From Nageia nagi (lineage: Eukaryota > Plantae > Pinophyta), in contig JBITNC010000001.1 of the NCBI GenBank assembly GCA_050084985.1, positions 52,514,001 through 52,578,000 of the forward strand: DNA of 64,000 nucleotides. The letters run 5' to 3'. The position numbers were made by a program, and so were the translations under genes. Numbering within the stretch: the first letter of the stretch is position 1; the number at the start of each line of letters is the position of its first letter. Below are positions 52,336 to 64,000 of this stretch, one piece after another. The notes below the pieces were generated by a model, which did not search any database, had not been told where the DNA came from, and was given only the letters and a program-made list of their open reading frames with translations.

Positions 52336-53869
52336 GCCTACTCTACTAGACATTGAACCCTATATAACTAACTTAATTATATAATTCTCCCTTGAATACC
52401 TTAATTAGCTAAACCTCCCTTATTTAAACCCTTTGATTATCAGTAGTAGACCAAATGCATCCCAAAACTCCTAGGATTTAATTTTTTGTAATTAATCACA
52501 AACTAAAAAAATTTAAACTCTTTTTAGTTTTTTTCCAAATAAGAAATAAACTTATTTTTATTTCTTTTTGTTTTAATTTTCCTTCTTTATTTTGCATTTT
52601 GTAGAGGAGGAAAAAAGGGATGTTCCTTGTAGGAGAATGAGAAAGAGGTACATGGTTGGAGAAAAAGGATGCATGTCGGTAAAGTAAAAAAATTCATGCA
52701 AGATGGAAAGGAAAAGGATAAACCATGAGGAGGGGAAAGGTATAAGGATATTTATGGGATGTTGTAAAACAATTAAGGATATTATTTATGGTGTGTTTCA
52801 ATTCATTGTGTATAAAATACTTCTTCATGATGAAGATGATCAGGTTGATAATGTTGAACATATAATTCATGAGGCTTCTTATGAATAAATACTTTGTTGT
52901 ATTCTTTATATGCTTAAGGATAATACTAGTTGGGATAATTTTCTTTTTCGATTAAAGTGGATAGTATGGTTATAAATCCTCATGCTTACAACCCTTATCA
53001 TGGTGTGCATTATTACAAATCATTTAGATATTTGGGAGTAGATTTCAAGTGGATCCTTGTATATTCCTAGATTATATATATGGTACTCTTCTATATAGAA
53101 ATATTTTATTTCATATGGATCCAAGTGAAAGTTATAAAGGTTGTGGCAGAGTGTTATTTTACCATAAAAAATATGACACTTTCATTTGGACTATTCCATG
53201 GAAATATAAGATTTTCACTTATGAACCTCTCATTATATTTAGAAATAATTATCATATTTGGGCGATCTATAATCAACAAACATATGTGCTATTATTGATA
53301 CCTCATGGGCATAATAACAATTGGAAGGAATATTCTTGGTATGCAAGTACCAACAAACTAAATTTATGATTATACAAGGACTATTTTATATGTACCTTCA
53401 TGTAAGAAAAAGAATCTTAATAAGGTTTAAATAAAGATCTCCATCAAATAAGCTTTACAAGCAAGAAAATGATTATCACATAGAAACTAGGTAAAGAGTT
53501 GAATTTCATTATCATAAACCTCTTAAGAAGGTATCATAACAAATATATAAATGAAATATTAAAGATTAGGAATATAGATCACCTTTCAAAGTGTTATAAT
53601 ATTATTAATTATGGCAATAAAGGAAAATACATCAAAATATTTCAAGGAATAAGATAAGATATAGGAATCTAGAATAGCTTGGAAGAATACAAAAATATTA
53701 TGCAAGAAGAGAACATTTTATGGGGCCTAAAGTAAGCTTAAGAGTTCTAAGGAAGTGGAGAGAGGCTGATAAGTTATCAAAGAAGCTAATAAGTTATCAA
53801 AGAAGCATACTTATATCAAGATTATAATCCAAAACCATCACAATATTTTGAAAACTCCATAAAATATGC

Positions 53870-53915
53870 AAGCTTTAAGGACAAATTATTTCAAAGGGAG
53901 AGGATATATAATGAC
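53870..53915 (+). mobile_element. Remnant Ty3/Gypsy 3' end (PPT and possible LTR start)
   Basis: GCTTTAAGGACAAATTATTTCAAAGGGAGAGGATA-TATAATG resembles the usual CTTGAGGACAAG..AAGGGGAGGGNA-TGTAATG end. Confidence 0.45.
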
Positions 53916-54029
53916 TTGTTATTTGTATTACATTAGTTTCACCTTATCTAGGGTGATTCTATTATTAAAAATAATATCATAAAAATAAAACATGTGTAAT
54001 ACTAATCATCATCATTGAAAAATCATATT

Positions 54030-56124
54030 TTCATCTCTTAATTGCAATATTTGGAGGTTTCCCCAAGTGGTAAAGATATTGGATGTTCATCCCCTCAAAG
54101 CAGTAAATTCCATCACCTCCAATGACACTTTGGTGAGTAGGATCTTATGTTTCTTTTGAAACAACTATTTCTTCAATCATAGTAAGGAACTCCCATGGTT
54201 CCTCTTTGCAAAATGTTTCCTTTTCAAGATAAATATTTGTTATCACTTCAAGTGAGTGATCTCCACCCACAATTGCCTCTTCAAGACAATTATTTATATT
54301 CTTTGATAATGCCTCCATTACACCATGAAGTCCATTAGTGACTATTTCACTATGTTCTATCTCTCGCTTGAGATATTCTTCCTCATAAAAAATAGTCTTC
54401 ACTCTTGACGAGTGATTTCTTCTCCATCAATTGATGCTTTCATAGTCATGATAACTTGAAGTTCACCAACCTTGGTTATATCTTGACTCTCTATATTATT
54501 TTCTATTGCATATTTATCCTCTCAAATTAGATATCCTATTGTTCTTCTCTCTTCACACAACACATCCTTAACTCTTGATGAGTGAGGTTATCCATTGAGC
54601 ATAAAACTTATAGTCTTCATCTCCACTTCATCTATGATCTGTTTTGGAACATTATCCCATACTGCCTCTCTAAGGCAATCATCATTCACTATGAAAGAGT
54701 GAGTTTCACAATGTCTATCCACCCAATATGAATGATCTTCAAGAAAGGAGAACTCCATGAGTGTTAATACTTCTTTATCATTTTTCTTCCCCTTTAAAGT
54801 AACTCTAACATATGGGTAATCAACTCCCAAAACTTCATCTATTGCCTTTCCAACAAGATAATATTTCACTCCAAATGAGTGAGGTATCAAATTTGGTTTT
54901 TCATAATATATCATTCCAAATGAATGATCTTCCACTTTATCTAAGTGGGTTGCAACCAAAAAGCAAAACTCCTCCATGGGAAGTTGTTCTTCCAATTTTG
55001 GTGTAAATGTCCCCTCCATGAGATATACTCTATCAAAAAAATTGTAGTCTTGTCCCTCCTCCATGAAATATTCTTAAGCCATCTCATCTTGGTGGTCTTC
55101 AACTTGGGCAATCCAACATTCTTCCATGAAGTAATCTTCAACAAAGTGTTGAGATGTTATCTCCTCCTCTATAGCTGAAGGTACATCTCTTCAATGAGAC
55201 ATGCATTCTTCTTATGAGAAATGTGAATACTTTATAATTCTATCATTCCTACAAAAGATTTATCAATACAATTTTTTTTTTAACATATTCTTCCTCTAAA
55301 AGAAATAATTCATCATTAATGCCTTCATCATAGTACATGCATCTAACATGAAGTTTATCATAATAATCTTCATCAGAATAAGCCTCCACATAAGGCTTAT
55401 TCACATTCTCCTCTTAATAAGAAATTCATTATGCATTCCTTTATAATACATGTCTTCCACAACAAGAACCATACAAGGTTGATAAGGATCTCCACAAGAG
55501 TCTCATAGGGCTCTCCAAATGGATATTCAAGGTAAAAGGCTTTAGCTCCTTGCTCATACAATCCAGGAGATTATCACACACTATCTCACAAGAGTTCTAA
55601 TAAACTTCTTGTAATATACTTCATGCATGTCCAATATCATATAACTAGCAATAAGAGGAAAAATATTCTCTTTTATACCTCTCCTTAAGTTCATGAGATC
55701 CAAGAAATTTTAATATTGCTCCTCTTTCTTCAACCTCCTATCTTATTTTCAAAGTATACTCCATGTGAGGGGTTATTCATAGTTACCTTCTATAATGCTC
55801 CAAAGGTATTTGTCCATTAAGAAAGTCTTAATTATTATATCTAGTAAGCATAATCTTTCCATCAAATTTTGGGATCTCTATGCCCTCAAACATGATGACC
55901 ATCCAACAATCTTCCATGTGATAGACACTCAACTAGAAACAACTCATTCACACTTACAAAAAGCTATTGGGTAGAGTGTTGTTGTTGGTAGCCATTACAC
56001 TCTCAACAATTCAATAAAACTTTGGGCCTCTCTTCACATACTTGCAAGAGTTTCTCTAAATTCTTGAAAATACCCATAAGCTTAACTCTAAAACTCTAGA
56101 TATCTCAACTAAGCTCTAATACCA
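54030..56124 (-). mobile_element. Highly decayed Ty3/Gypsy 5' region: Met PBS, gag remnant and acidic ORF remnants
   Basis: PBS-like TGGTATTAGAGC (minus, 56113-56124); IEIPKFDG gag motif at ~55860; acidic ORFs 54588-55064 and 54145-54402. LTR-like sequence follows at ~56126-56780, ends not resolved. Confidence 0.6.
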
Positions 56125-57090
56125 CAATGAGAAGTATAAACTTTCATTGATTAAAATGAAATCATTACATGTATATATATGTTTTGTAAAAAGCAAATAT
56201 AGACTCAACTAAATATAAAATCAAGTTGGATAAAATCAACTTGTTATAATCTAATCTTGGAAAGGCATAAATCTAGAAGTCCCTAAAAGTACCCTAACAT
56301 GCTAGACAATAATTAGGTAAAATAAACACTCAAATTAGAAACATCTAAATCTAAATTGGAAGCCAAAAAATGATATCCTAAACATGCCAAAATTAGAACT
56401 ACAGGATCTATTTTTAAATGTCATATTTAGGATAGAAATATATTTCATCTAGGATGAAACACAATGTGTTTATGGTAGATTGAAACATAGCTACGTTTGG
56501 ACTGAAACGTAATGTGTTTGGATTGAAATATACTAGACTAGATAGCTTATAAAAAATCATCCAATATGATGGTCAAAACTTTAACAAAGGTAGGCATGTG
56601 TATACGCATTGAGAAGGTATCATTAATAACTATCCAATTCAAAAGAATCAACTCAATTGGATGTATCTACAAAAATTTATACCTTATCGAATTTCATTGA
56701 TCGATTTTACAAATTTAGTTGATCTTCAAGTAGTTTGTTCTTCAACTCGAATGGTCTTCGATTGAGCTCTAGTTTCAACAATAATAGTATGGAATATTAC
56801 CCCATCAACAAAGTTATGCTAATAGGTTAGTTTTCTTACCTCTAGAATATTTGCTAGTATAATAATAACCAACCCAACATATAAAATGCTTTCTAGTGTT
56901 GTATAAAGTGGTGTCTCCCCATTAGATATCCTCAAGGTAAAAATATGTCTTGCTTTCAAAAATTGTACATACTATTTAGAAATCAATTGCAATATCCATG
57001 TTCCATAAATAGCTAAAGGTAAATTAGAAGGAAATGAAAATAAGAAATATTTATGAGAATATATTCAATATTAATAAATCATATTCTTGT

Positions 57091-57740
57091 ATAAGCATTA
57101 GGTTTTCACTTGGATGTTGTTGGCTTGAAATACTTTGCACACAACGGAGGTTGGTGGAGTTTATTTAATGCTTGAAAGCACGAAAATGTTCAACTACCAT
57201 TAAAGATGTCTAAAATTTTTTTTTATATATATACACATTTCAAAATGTAGTAGAGGATAAGGCTATCAAGAATATGAAATCAAAGAAGGTATTAACCCAA
57301 ACTGTTAGTATCAAAAAGAGCTAAGGAGCCTTTGTAAGTTTTACTCTAAGCCTTTGTGAATAGCAAGAGAAACATTCATAAAGGCTTTCTAAGAGAAAAA
57401 TTGATGAGGATATATTTAAAATTATTACATGAAGTTCTTATGTAAGCATTAGGTTTTCACTCATATTTCAATGGCATGAAATGATTTGCTCCCACCAATG
57501 AAGGTTTATTGAGTTGATTTAATGCTTACAAGCACATGAATGTTCAACTACCATTAAATATGTCTAAAATTTATTATATATATAAGCATTTCAAAACACA
57601 ATAGAATATATGTCTATAAGGAGCATGCAATCAAAGAAGGTATTAAGCAAAACTATTAGTATCATAAAAAGATGGTGAGCCTTTATGAATGTTTCTCCAA
57701 GTCTTTATGTTTGGTAAGATCAACATTTGAAGGCTTTCAA
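57091..57740. repeat. Diverged tandem duplication, unit ~350 bp
   Basis: TAAGCATTAGGTTTTCACT..TGTTCAACTACCATTAAA..AATCAAAGAAGGTATTAA occurs from 57092 and again from 57443. Confidence 0.85.
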
Positions 57741-57751
57741 ATTTGGGTGAT

Positions 57752-57980
57752 AATTGAACTCCAAAATTTGATAGCCTATAAATTCATAGCCTCTAAATCA
57801 CTTCTAACAACCTTTGTTGTTATCCTAAAGATGTCTTCAATGTAAGGTGCTAATGTTTTGTAGTAGATTAGAGAAATTGAAATGAGGCATTCAAATGAAG
57901 CTTTCTATATGGAGTATTAGGGGAAATGTTGTTTCAAAAATAATATGCATAATGTAGTCCCTTTATATTTCATTCTCAAA
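57752..57980 (-). pseudogene. KPNB1: Importin-beta1 (karyopherin beta1) gene fragment, central HEAT repeats, copy 1
   Basis: FENEI*RDYIMHIIFETT..ASFECLISISLIYYKTLAPYIEDIFRITTKVVRSD..AIKFWSSI, versus recalled plant importin-beta1 ERDYIMRVVCEAT..AAFECLVSISSTYYEKLAPYIQDIFNITAKAVRED..AIEFWSSI. Confidence 0.85.
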
Positions 57981-58085
57981 GATTTTCCATGAATGTACAT
58001 GCCCCAATTTAAAGCTACAAAAGTTGCACATATAGCTAGAATACTTGCAATGGTTATTCGATATGGTCTAAAACTAATCAAGTAT
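57981..58085 (-). pseudogene. PLS-class PPR fragment (L motif)
   Basis: FRPYRITIASILAICATFVALNWGMYIHGK matches the pattern xPDxxTxxSxLxACAxxxALxxGxxIHG. Confidence 0.75.
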
Positions 58086-58119
58086 TATGCATACCATATA
58101 TATTGTATTCATTGCATTC

Positions 58120-58465
58120 ATAGTGATATTGTCAATTATGCAAATGTGACATAAATAATGCTTGGTATCATCATGAATATTGTGTTATATCAAAATCATG
58201 TTATGTTAAGATGTTGAAAATATATTGCAATGATATTTTTGAATATGTAAATGTGACCTAAGAAGTATTTGGTATTATCTTACATGTTATGTTATTTGAA
58301 ACTTAGGTTATGCAAGAATGACATGAACATCATAATGATACTATCATGGAAGGATGTCTTTTAGTCTTGAAATTGCTACATGCTTAGATTATACATGAGT
58401 ATTATTAAGTATTTTCATGTACAATATGTATCTTTTAACTTAGGCTATGCAAGTATGATATGAAC
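58120..58465. repeat. Degenerate ~105-bp tandem repeat, about 3 copies
   Basis: Recurrent AAATGTGAC..TTGGTAT and AACTTAGG(T/C)TATGCAAG..ATGAACAT segments. Confidence 0.5.
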
Positions 58466-58468
58466 ATT

Positions 58469-58606
58469 GCATTGAATCTCAATTATTGGTATCTTTGCAA
58501 TAACTTATGCAAAGGTGAGCTTAGCCTCTTGCACAATATATATGAGTGCATGCAAAATATCATTCTTTATCTATGACTTCACTACTTGATCAAGAGAAAT
58601 CAATTG
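58469..58606 (-). pseudogene. KPNB1: Importin-beta1 gene fragment, N-terminal HEAT region
   Basis: LISLDQVVKS*IKNDILHALIYIVQEAKLTFA*VIAKIPIIEI, versus recalled WLSLDxxVKxQIKxxLLxTLxSxVxDARSTASQVIAKxAxIEL. Confidence 0.72.
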
Positions 58607-58924
58607 CTTGATAAAAATCTTGTAGCATCTTGTAGGTACAAAGGAAAACTAAGCTAGGAGTGAGGTGAGTAAGTATCCTGAGCATGAGGTTAGCCAATCA
58701 AACATAAGAAGGAAATTTGGTAAAATTAAGAGAGAGAGAGATAGAGAGAATACAAGTTCTTATAGGCATATGATTACACCACTACAAAAAGGTAAAATCT
58801 TATCAATGTGAGGGTTAGAATGCAATGTATTATTTTTTAAATTTCAGTTTGTATCATGATGCCAATGCTGCTAATTACCATGTCAACACTAGCATCAACC
58901 TTGGCATTAAATTTAGCATCATCC

Positions 58925-59510
58925 CTAATGGTTCCCAAGTGTTTCATCCTATAAAATATTTTAAGGTATGTTGTTAGTGTTGGTTCCCAAGTGATTCATC
59001 AGATCAAAGAGTTTAAGTGAATCCTTATTATGACCATGAATTGCATATCCTTCAATCATTGCAGTCAATGAAATTGTATTTGCATCATGCACCTTGTCAA
59101 ACAATTTATATCCCATATCTACACTTCCACATTTTACATACATGTCTACCAGGGCATTCACAAACACAATATTTGATAGAAATATAATTTTAAAGAGTCT
59201 TTGATGTATGTATAAAACTTGTTGCAAATATCCTGTTTGGTGTGTGCTTTGAGGATGATGGAAAATGTGAATTTATTGGGACATGTGTATCTTCTCTATG
59301 CTTCCACATTTTGCATAGATGTCTACCAGGCCATTCAAAACTAAAAATTTGATAGAAATCCACTTTTAAATAGTATTTTATGTATGTGTAAACCTTGTTG
59401 CAAATCTCCATCCAATTTACCTTTGAAGGAATTCTTTTATGTGCATGATATCAGGCATTCACAACCACAACATGTGGCAGACATCCACTTTTCAAAGAGT
59501 CTTCAAAGAA
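58925..59510 (-). pseudogene. Cluster of PLS-class PPR motif fragments
   Basis: ORF 58961-59227: VFVNALVDMYVKCGSVDMGYKLFDKV..TAMIEGYAIHGHNKDSLKLFDLM. Upstream frameshifted LQQGLHIHK..GFLSN..LVDIYAKCGSIE, plus a third partial motif. Confidence 0.9.
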
Positions 59511-60404
59511 GCCATAGTCATTCGATTATGTTAAATTTTGGAGGATTGATATGTGTTTCTTGATGACCTATGTGCTCATTTTTCTTGTTTCTAGTACCTC
59601 TTTACATTTTGGTTATGCCATTTAGTGGCATAATTAGCATTAGACAAGTTCATATTTAGATACATCTTAAAAAGTTATGAAATTTTCAAAAAAAGGTGTC
59701 AAAATTCCTTACGATTCAAAAGATATGATTATTTCAAGTTTTGAAAAGTAAGAAAAATGAAAATCAGTTCTATTTCAACTCCTATATCATACCTAATCAA
59801 ACTAATCCAATATGTTTATGTCTAGTGTTAGACCTAGCATCATATGTAGAGTAAAAACATCTAGAAAATTGCTAAATTCAATGCATGAAGCCATGTTGAT
59901 GCCTATTATTGCTAATGGCATCAAGATATAGTTTTTCATGCATGGATGTCTTCTTTAACATTAATGGCCTTTTGGTAGTAGGGTTAAGAGTCTAATCATG
60001 CATGCATGTTGTAGTGTTGAAATGAAGGTTTATTGTGTTGAATAAGTATTAGTTATGAAATTAATATTTCATGTTTGAATCTTAGTCCTAATCATTAGTA
60101 TTAATACTTGATTTGAATATATCAATATTTATGTATCTGAAAAAAGTCTCAAGATACCTTCTTGCCTCATCTTTAATGGTTGGTATGGGTAAGGATGTTT
60201 AAACATCTACCTGTTATATGGAGGGCTAAGGTTATCCATTAATTCATTCCCTAAAAACACCTTGAGTTAATAAAATAAAGTTTGTAAATGAGCAAAGGGT
60301 TATTATATTTTTGTCAATCAAATTCTTAAGATCAAAGCCTATAACATCCAAGCATTTTGTAAACTTGAGTTGTGTAAAGAATTAGCTAGGGATTTTGACA
60401 TATC

Positions 60405-60484
60405 TTAGAGATCAATTTGAGAAACCTTGTATGAAGGTTTTTACATATATTAGAGATCAATTTGAGAAACCTTGTATGAAGGTT
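60405..60484. repeat. Local direct repeat, 45-bp period, 2 copies
   Basis: TTAGAGATCAATTTGAGAAACCTTGTATGAAGGTT occurs twice. Confidence 0.9.
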
Positions 60485-60789
60485 ACTCCATGGCCAACCA
60501 TGGAGTGAGATAAAATTATTTTGGTTGTTATTATTATCATATTTACATATGTTTTAGAGTTTTTTTTTTGCAGGTTTACATGATTTTGGAAGCTTTACAT
60601 GTCCATTATTGGAGTGTCTTAGATGAAGAGGCAATTTATTTCCTCTTTTAAGGTATATTTCATCTACTTTACCTCTTAAGATTCATTGGCATAGTATTTG
60701 CTAGTTTATCTCTCCTTTATATCTTGTAGAATAAATCTTGTGTCATGAACATATTCTACTGCTTTCATCACCATAAAAAATCTCTCAAA

Positions 60790-61131
60790 CTCTTTGTAAA
60801 GTATCAAATAGTAGGGGCATAAGAACAAGTAATACTTATTGTATAAAATGGAATTGGTAACTTTCATAATTTATGGTAAATTCCTCATGATACTATTCTT
60901 AAATTAGTATCTCTTCATCATAAATTAAGCTTTAAAATTCAGTAGCCTATGAAACAATAGCCTCTACATCACTTCTAACAATCTTTGTTATGATATTGAA
61001 GATGTCTTGCATGTAAGGTGCAAGTTATTCATAGTAAATTGAAGAAATTGCAATAAGCATTCAAATACACCTTACCTTATACGAGTATATGGAGAAAATA
61101 GTGTTTCATAAATAGCATGCATAATATAGCT
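60790..61131 (-). pseudogene. KPNB1: Importin-beta1 gene fragment, central HEAT repeats, copy 2
   Basis: YIMHAIYETLFSPYTRIR*GVFECL/IAISSIYYE*LAPYMQDIFNIITKIVRSDVEAIVS*ATEF*SLIYDEEI..EEFT..FHFIQ*VLLVLMPLLFDTL is collinear with recalled importin-beta1 (..EFWSSICDEEI..FYFIKQALPALVPMLLETL). Confidence 0.88.
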
Positions 61132-61330
61132 ACATTGCCGATTTAATATGATTATAATTATTAATGGATTTGAAGTATCGATAGCACTCTTTCACTAGAC
61201 CTGCATGGTTACATGCATATAATACTCTAATAAATGTAACATCATCTAGATTAATGCCTACATATTCCATTTGTTCAAATAGTTTGTTCCCAAACTTAGC
61301 ATATTTGTCTATTAGAGCATTGAACATACA
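61132..61330 (-). pseudogene. PLS-class PPR fragment with an internal deletion
   Basis: FNALIDKYAKFG/KLFEQMEYVGINLDDVTFIRVLYACNHAGLVKECYRYFKSI (ORF 61130-61399). A weaker PPR-like piece lies at ~61530-61670. Confidence 0.88.
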
Positions 61331-61884
61331 AGGTTGATTTATATATATATATATATTGTAAATTGGTAAAAAAAGAGGATTTTTTAGATAAGAACCCAAA
61401 CTTGTTTTTACAATTTAGATATTCAACAATAGTCATAGCTTATACAAAAATCATATATTGCATTCTTGTAGTCAATATATCATATATACTATAATAGTTT
61501 GTATCTAATCAAAGCATACATTCTTATATCTCTAGTAGCCATAACAACTAGGGCATTCATAACCAATAATAACAAATTTTCCTTATTGTCTTCAAGAATG
61601 TATTCAATGAGCTTTCTTATTTTTTTCATCCATTATGGTAGTCAGACTAGAAAAAGTATTCTTGCATTTCAAACTCCTCATGTATTAATTATGCATTGTA
61701 CTTTTTGTGTCTTTTTCTAGAGTTTCATATATTGCATTTGTATTTTTTTTAGAATTATGATCCTTTTTCGTAGAACTAATTGGATTTGTATAGGAATATT
61801 TCCTCCTCTTTTCCTTTATCCTGCTAGTAGACCCACCTTGTTCAAGAGATTCAGCACTCATAGAAGTCAAAAATGATTCAAGAT

Positions 61885-62136
61885 GTTTTAGTATGGTCAT
61901 AAACCATCATAATATAGTTTATGAGAGTGATTTATAAACATCGTAAAAGATCCTAAAATAACAATCTTTACCCACCCTCATAAGAATAGACCAAGGTGAT
62001 TTTTTGCTACAAGTTTTGACCATCATAGTATAATGTTGACTTTTAAATGACACCCCCATAGATGATGACTAAAAAATCACCATCAAAGGCTTTTTACAAT
62101 GGTTTAGAACCACCATAAAAGGCCCTTTTTGGTGTA
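61885..62136. mobile_element. Decayed CACTA-type transposon terminus with subterminal repeats
   Basis: Ends GGCCCTTTTTGGTGTA, where a CACTA end would read ..TTTTGGTGTAGTG. It is preceded by several CpG-decayed inverted units such as TTTTTACAATGGTTTAGAACCACCATAAAA and ATGGTCATAAACCATCAT. The terminal GTG is absent. Confidence 0.55.
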
Positions 62137-63587
62137 TCATAATTGATTTTTCATGACCATTTAACCTAACTCTAGTTTGATAACTACTTCAAATTAATTA
62201 AAAATTTGAAGAATTTCTATTTATGGAAAATTATTTTTAAATAAAATCGTAGATTTTGAAGGTCATTTTGTTGAATTTTAGGAGTTATTACATTATAAAA
62301 TTTTGCTTAAACTATACATATTCATAATTGAGATCTAATTGAATTTTAGGAGTTATTGCATATTTTGTTGAGTTTTGTGAAATTTTATGAAAACCCTAGT
62401 TTTGCTTTCTTACATCTTGCATGTGTGTATTCTTAAATATCATGATCATTAAAATATATTTTGATGGATTATGAAAAATATCATGTGTTGCACTCATAAT
62501 ATCATGTGACATCATATGTGATGCATTCATAATATCATGTTGTGTGTTGTATGTCATATTTATAATATCATATAAAGTATTGATTGCTACATTGTATGCT
62601 ATATTTGGGTATCATGATGTATCCATAATCCAAAAGAAAGTAAAATGCCAAAAGTACATAATGTGATCAAGAATGAAATTGATGTTGTGAGTACTAATAA
62701 TAGTATTGGTGTTGATGTTAAGATAAATTCCAATGAGCCCACAAGGCTTGAGTTGTTGATGGGTATGTCCAATGTGGGCATAGAGACCTAGGTTTGAGTT
62801 TTCGGGGCTCATGAATTAAGGGTATGTTGCATCAATGTTCTCAGACACACAAACAATTAACTCGATGCACCAAAGGTTGTAGTGGAAGTTATGAGGAACA
62901 TGATTTGAACCCACGAAGAGATATTTAAAATTTTAATGAATTGATCTATTACAAGAAAAAAAGAAGATAAATTCCAATGACAAGATTACTTTAAGTAGTT
63001 CTTGCTCAGATATTGGAAATGGTATGAATCAACTTGATAACATTATCATTGGTCAAGTTAGTATTAATATTGTTCTAGTTAATGATGATATTCTTATTAG
63101 CCATGAAAATATTGCCCTAATTAATGATGACATTTTTACTAGTCATTCATATATTTCTATTTAAATATGTGCTTGCTATCATTCTTTAGAAATGCATTCT
63201 TGCTTGTTGATTATTCCCAACATGAAATGGAGGCATGGTATTTTTAGCTTGGGGGCATGTCATTTTTAGTTTTGGAGTATGTAGTTTCCAAATTAGAGAC
63301 AAGTTTTGTTGATTTTCAATTTTCATATTAGTTTTTGTTCAAATTTGGGGAAATTGGTAAATGATTTAGTTTTAGTCAGATGCATCAATTCGAATTTTAG
63401 GGAAAACAATTTAGTTTAGTTAAAATTTGATTTTATTTAGCTTGATTCATTTCAATTTTAGGATGATAAATAAGTTAGATGAATTATAATTATGTTTTTT
63501 ATGAGATATTTTGATAGAAATCCCATAAAAGCATTTTGAGGAAAGGAAACATTTTTTTTTAATTTGAGATTGATCGATTAAACATGT

Positions 63588-64000
63588 TGTAATATCCCAA
63601 AATCATATATTACACTTTTCTAACACTTATGGGTCACTTGATGTGATATGCCTCCTTTGGAGGAGTGCCTAATTGCATTTAATGCATTCTTTGTAATATT
63701 TAGAAATGATTTAGCATGTTATTATCTCTAGGTGTATGACATCTCTATTCTTGGGATGATATTTTGTATTTAGTTACAAATATGTAATTAGGAATCCTTA
63801 GGAATTCTATTTTAGTTTAGAATTCAATGAAATGCAAGCTATCATGTTCTTATTTTGGTCTTTGGGGCAAAAGAAGACCCTTCATGAAAACTCCATGATG
63901 ATTCCTTTCCTTTTTTAGTATTTGGGCAAAAGAAGACCATGGCAATCCCATGATGATTCCTTTCTCGTTTTGGTATTTGGGGCAAAAGAATACCCTTCAT
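63588..64000 (+). mobile_element. Probable start of a Ty3/Gypsy LTR running off the window, with ~55-60-bp tandem repeats at 63852-64000
   Basis: TGTAATATCCC start is similar to the TGTAATGTCCCC start of the 48223-49610 LTR. TTTGG(G)GCAAAAGAA(G/T)ACC occurs three times. Confidence 0.5.

Noticed and set aside
52600-53400. Short plus-strand ORFs (52703, 53049, 53080) as genes
   Set aside because: No recognisable motifs; most likely decayed retroelement interior.
58780-58790. CACTACAAAAA as the left TIR pairing with the end at 62136
   Set aside because: No subterminal repeats or TSD follow it, and the PPR/importin mosaic continues to its left; possibly a chance match.
61685-61900. ORF with LESFLTSMSAE resembling the importin-beta1 N-terminus (NLPSFLLSLSGE)
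   Set aside because: The match is too short, and the ORF start overlaps the CACTA-like subterminal repeats.

Overview
AT-rich, CpG-depleted plant intergenic DNA with no intact host gene. The host is probably a gymnosperm/conifer, inferred from the style of the PPR fragments and the old nested LTR elements. Nest 1 (1-32799): an Ogre/Tat Ty3/Gypsy element (RT-RH-aRH-INT 22010-24950, a spliced antisense Plant Mobile Domain gene, 3' LTR 31793-32799) was interrupted in its RT by a Copia-like element (minus strand). That element's 5' LTR is split by an 18.6-kb three-LTR, gag-only tandem element (3308-21922, TSD GGTAT). A chromovirus integrase/chromodomain end lies at 1-1750. Nest 2 (33400-49610): an old chromovirus (TSD TGAGC) carries a young full-length Copia (38182-47451, TSD GTGAA, 490-bp LTRs with 5 differences). 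Its 3.2-kb leader holds an antisense fragment of a host NO VEIN-like/sacsin-type GHKL ATPase gene, and its 3' UTR holds a 10 x 49-bp array. The right end (57.7-62.1 kb) is a same-strand mosaic in which decayed PPR fragments alternate three times with importin-beta1 fragments, next to a decayed CACTA-type terminus. Protein identities come from motif recognition by eye; no searches were run. Coordinates not anchored by a TSD, PBS or PPT are approximate.
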